DNA of 64,000 nucleotides from Mobula hypostoma. Lineage: Eukaryota. How positions within the stretch are numbered: position 1 is the stretch's first letter; every line of letters starts with the position of its first letter. The notes under the pieces were generated by a model. It was not told where the DNA came from and ran no database searches. It worked only from the letters and a program-made list of their open reading frames with translations. Location of the stretch: positions 204,354,001 through 204,418,000 of the forward strand of contig NC_086100.1 in NCBI RefSeq assembly GCF_963921235.1. The letters run 5' to 3'. Of this stretch, positions 63,780-64,000 are shown piece by piece. The position numbers and the translations under genes are program-made.

Positions 63780-64000
63780 AATTTTGAAAGGCCTGGATAG
63801 AGAGGTCGTGGAGGTCTATAGCATCTGGTTATCACAATGCTATAAATTACAAAGTAAATATACAAACGATTGGCTTACTCCGCGGCTTGAGATTCTAAAT
63901 TGGAGAAGGGCACTTTATTCACAAAATCCTCACAGCCCACAGTGACTGTGCACTGATCCCAGCAATGGAACCCGCCACTGCAGTCCCACAGTGCACTATG
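63780..64000 (+). repeat. Duplicate of 19310-19519
   Basis: Collinear high similarity, including junctions between unrelated fragments. Confidence 0.85.

Overview
Eukaryotic, repeat-saturated vertebrate DNA. The repeat families and zinc-finger style suggest a cartilaginous fish, probably a ray (inference). Host content appears to be two head-to-head paralogous C2H2 zinc-finger genes with no recognisable effector domain: a minus-strand gene (~18.3 kb to 3.0 kb, 14 fingers) and a plus-strand gene (~30.8 kb to 45.4 kb, 11 fingers). They share promoter-proximal, splice-site and intron blocks, and each has an ~1 kb ancestral intron independently inflated to ~13 kb by transposons. The rest is transposable elements: many CR1 LINEs (including a four-level nest at 5.4-15.4 kb), RTE and Rex1 LINE pieces, a tRNA-derived SINE, a decayed class I endogenous retrovirus (pol-env-PPT-LTR), Gypsy LTRs, and Academ, hAT and Tigger DNA transposons. 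The most unusual signals are: (1) a Gypsy-type element whose ORF carries three non-contiguous pieces of sarcomeric myosin heavy-chain rod fused in frame; (2) short Penelope-like repeats with minimal hammerhead-ribozyme cores, one a 144-bp insertion with a 13-bp TSD; (3) two CR1 copies with essentially the same 5' breakpoint. All family assignments come from motif recognition by eye, not database searches.
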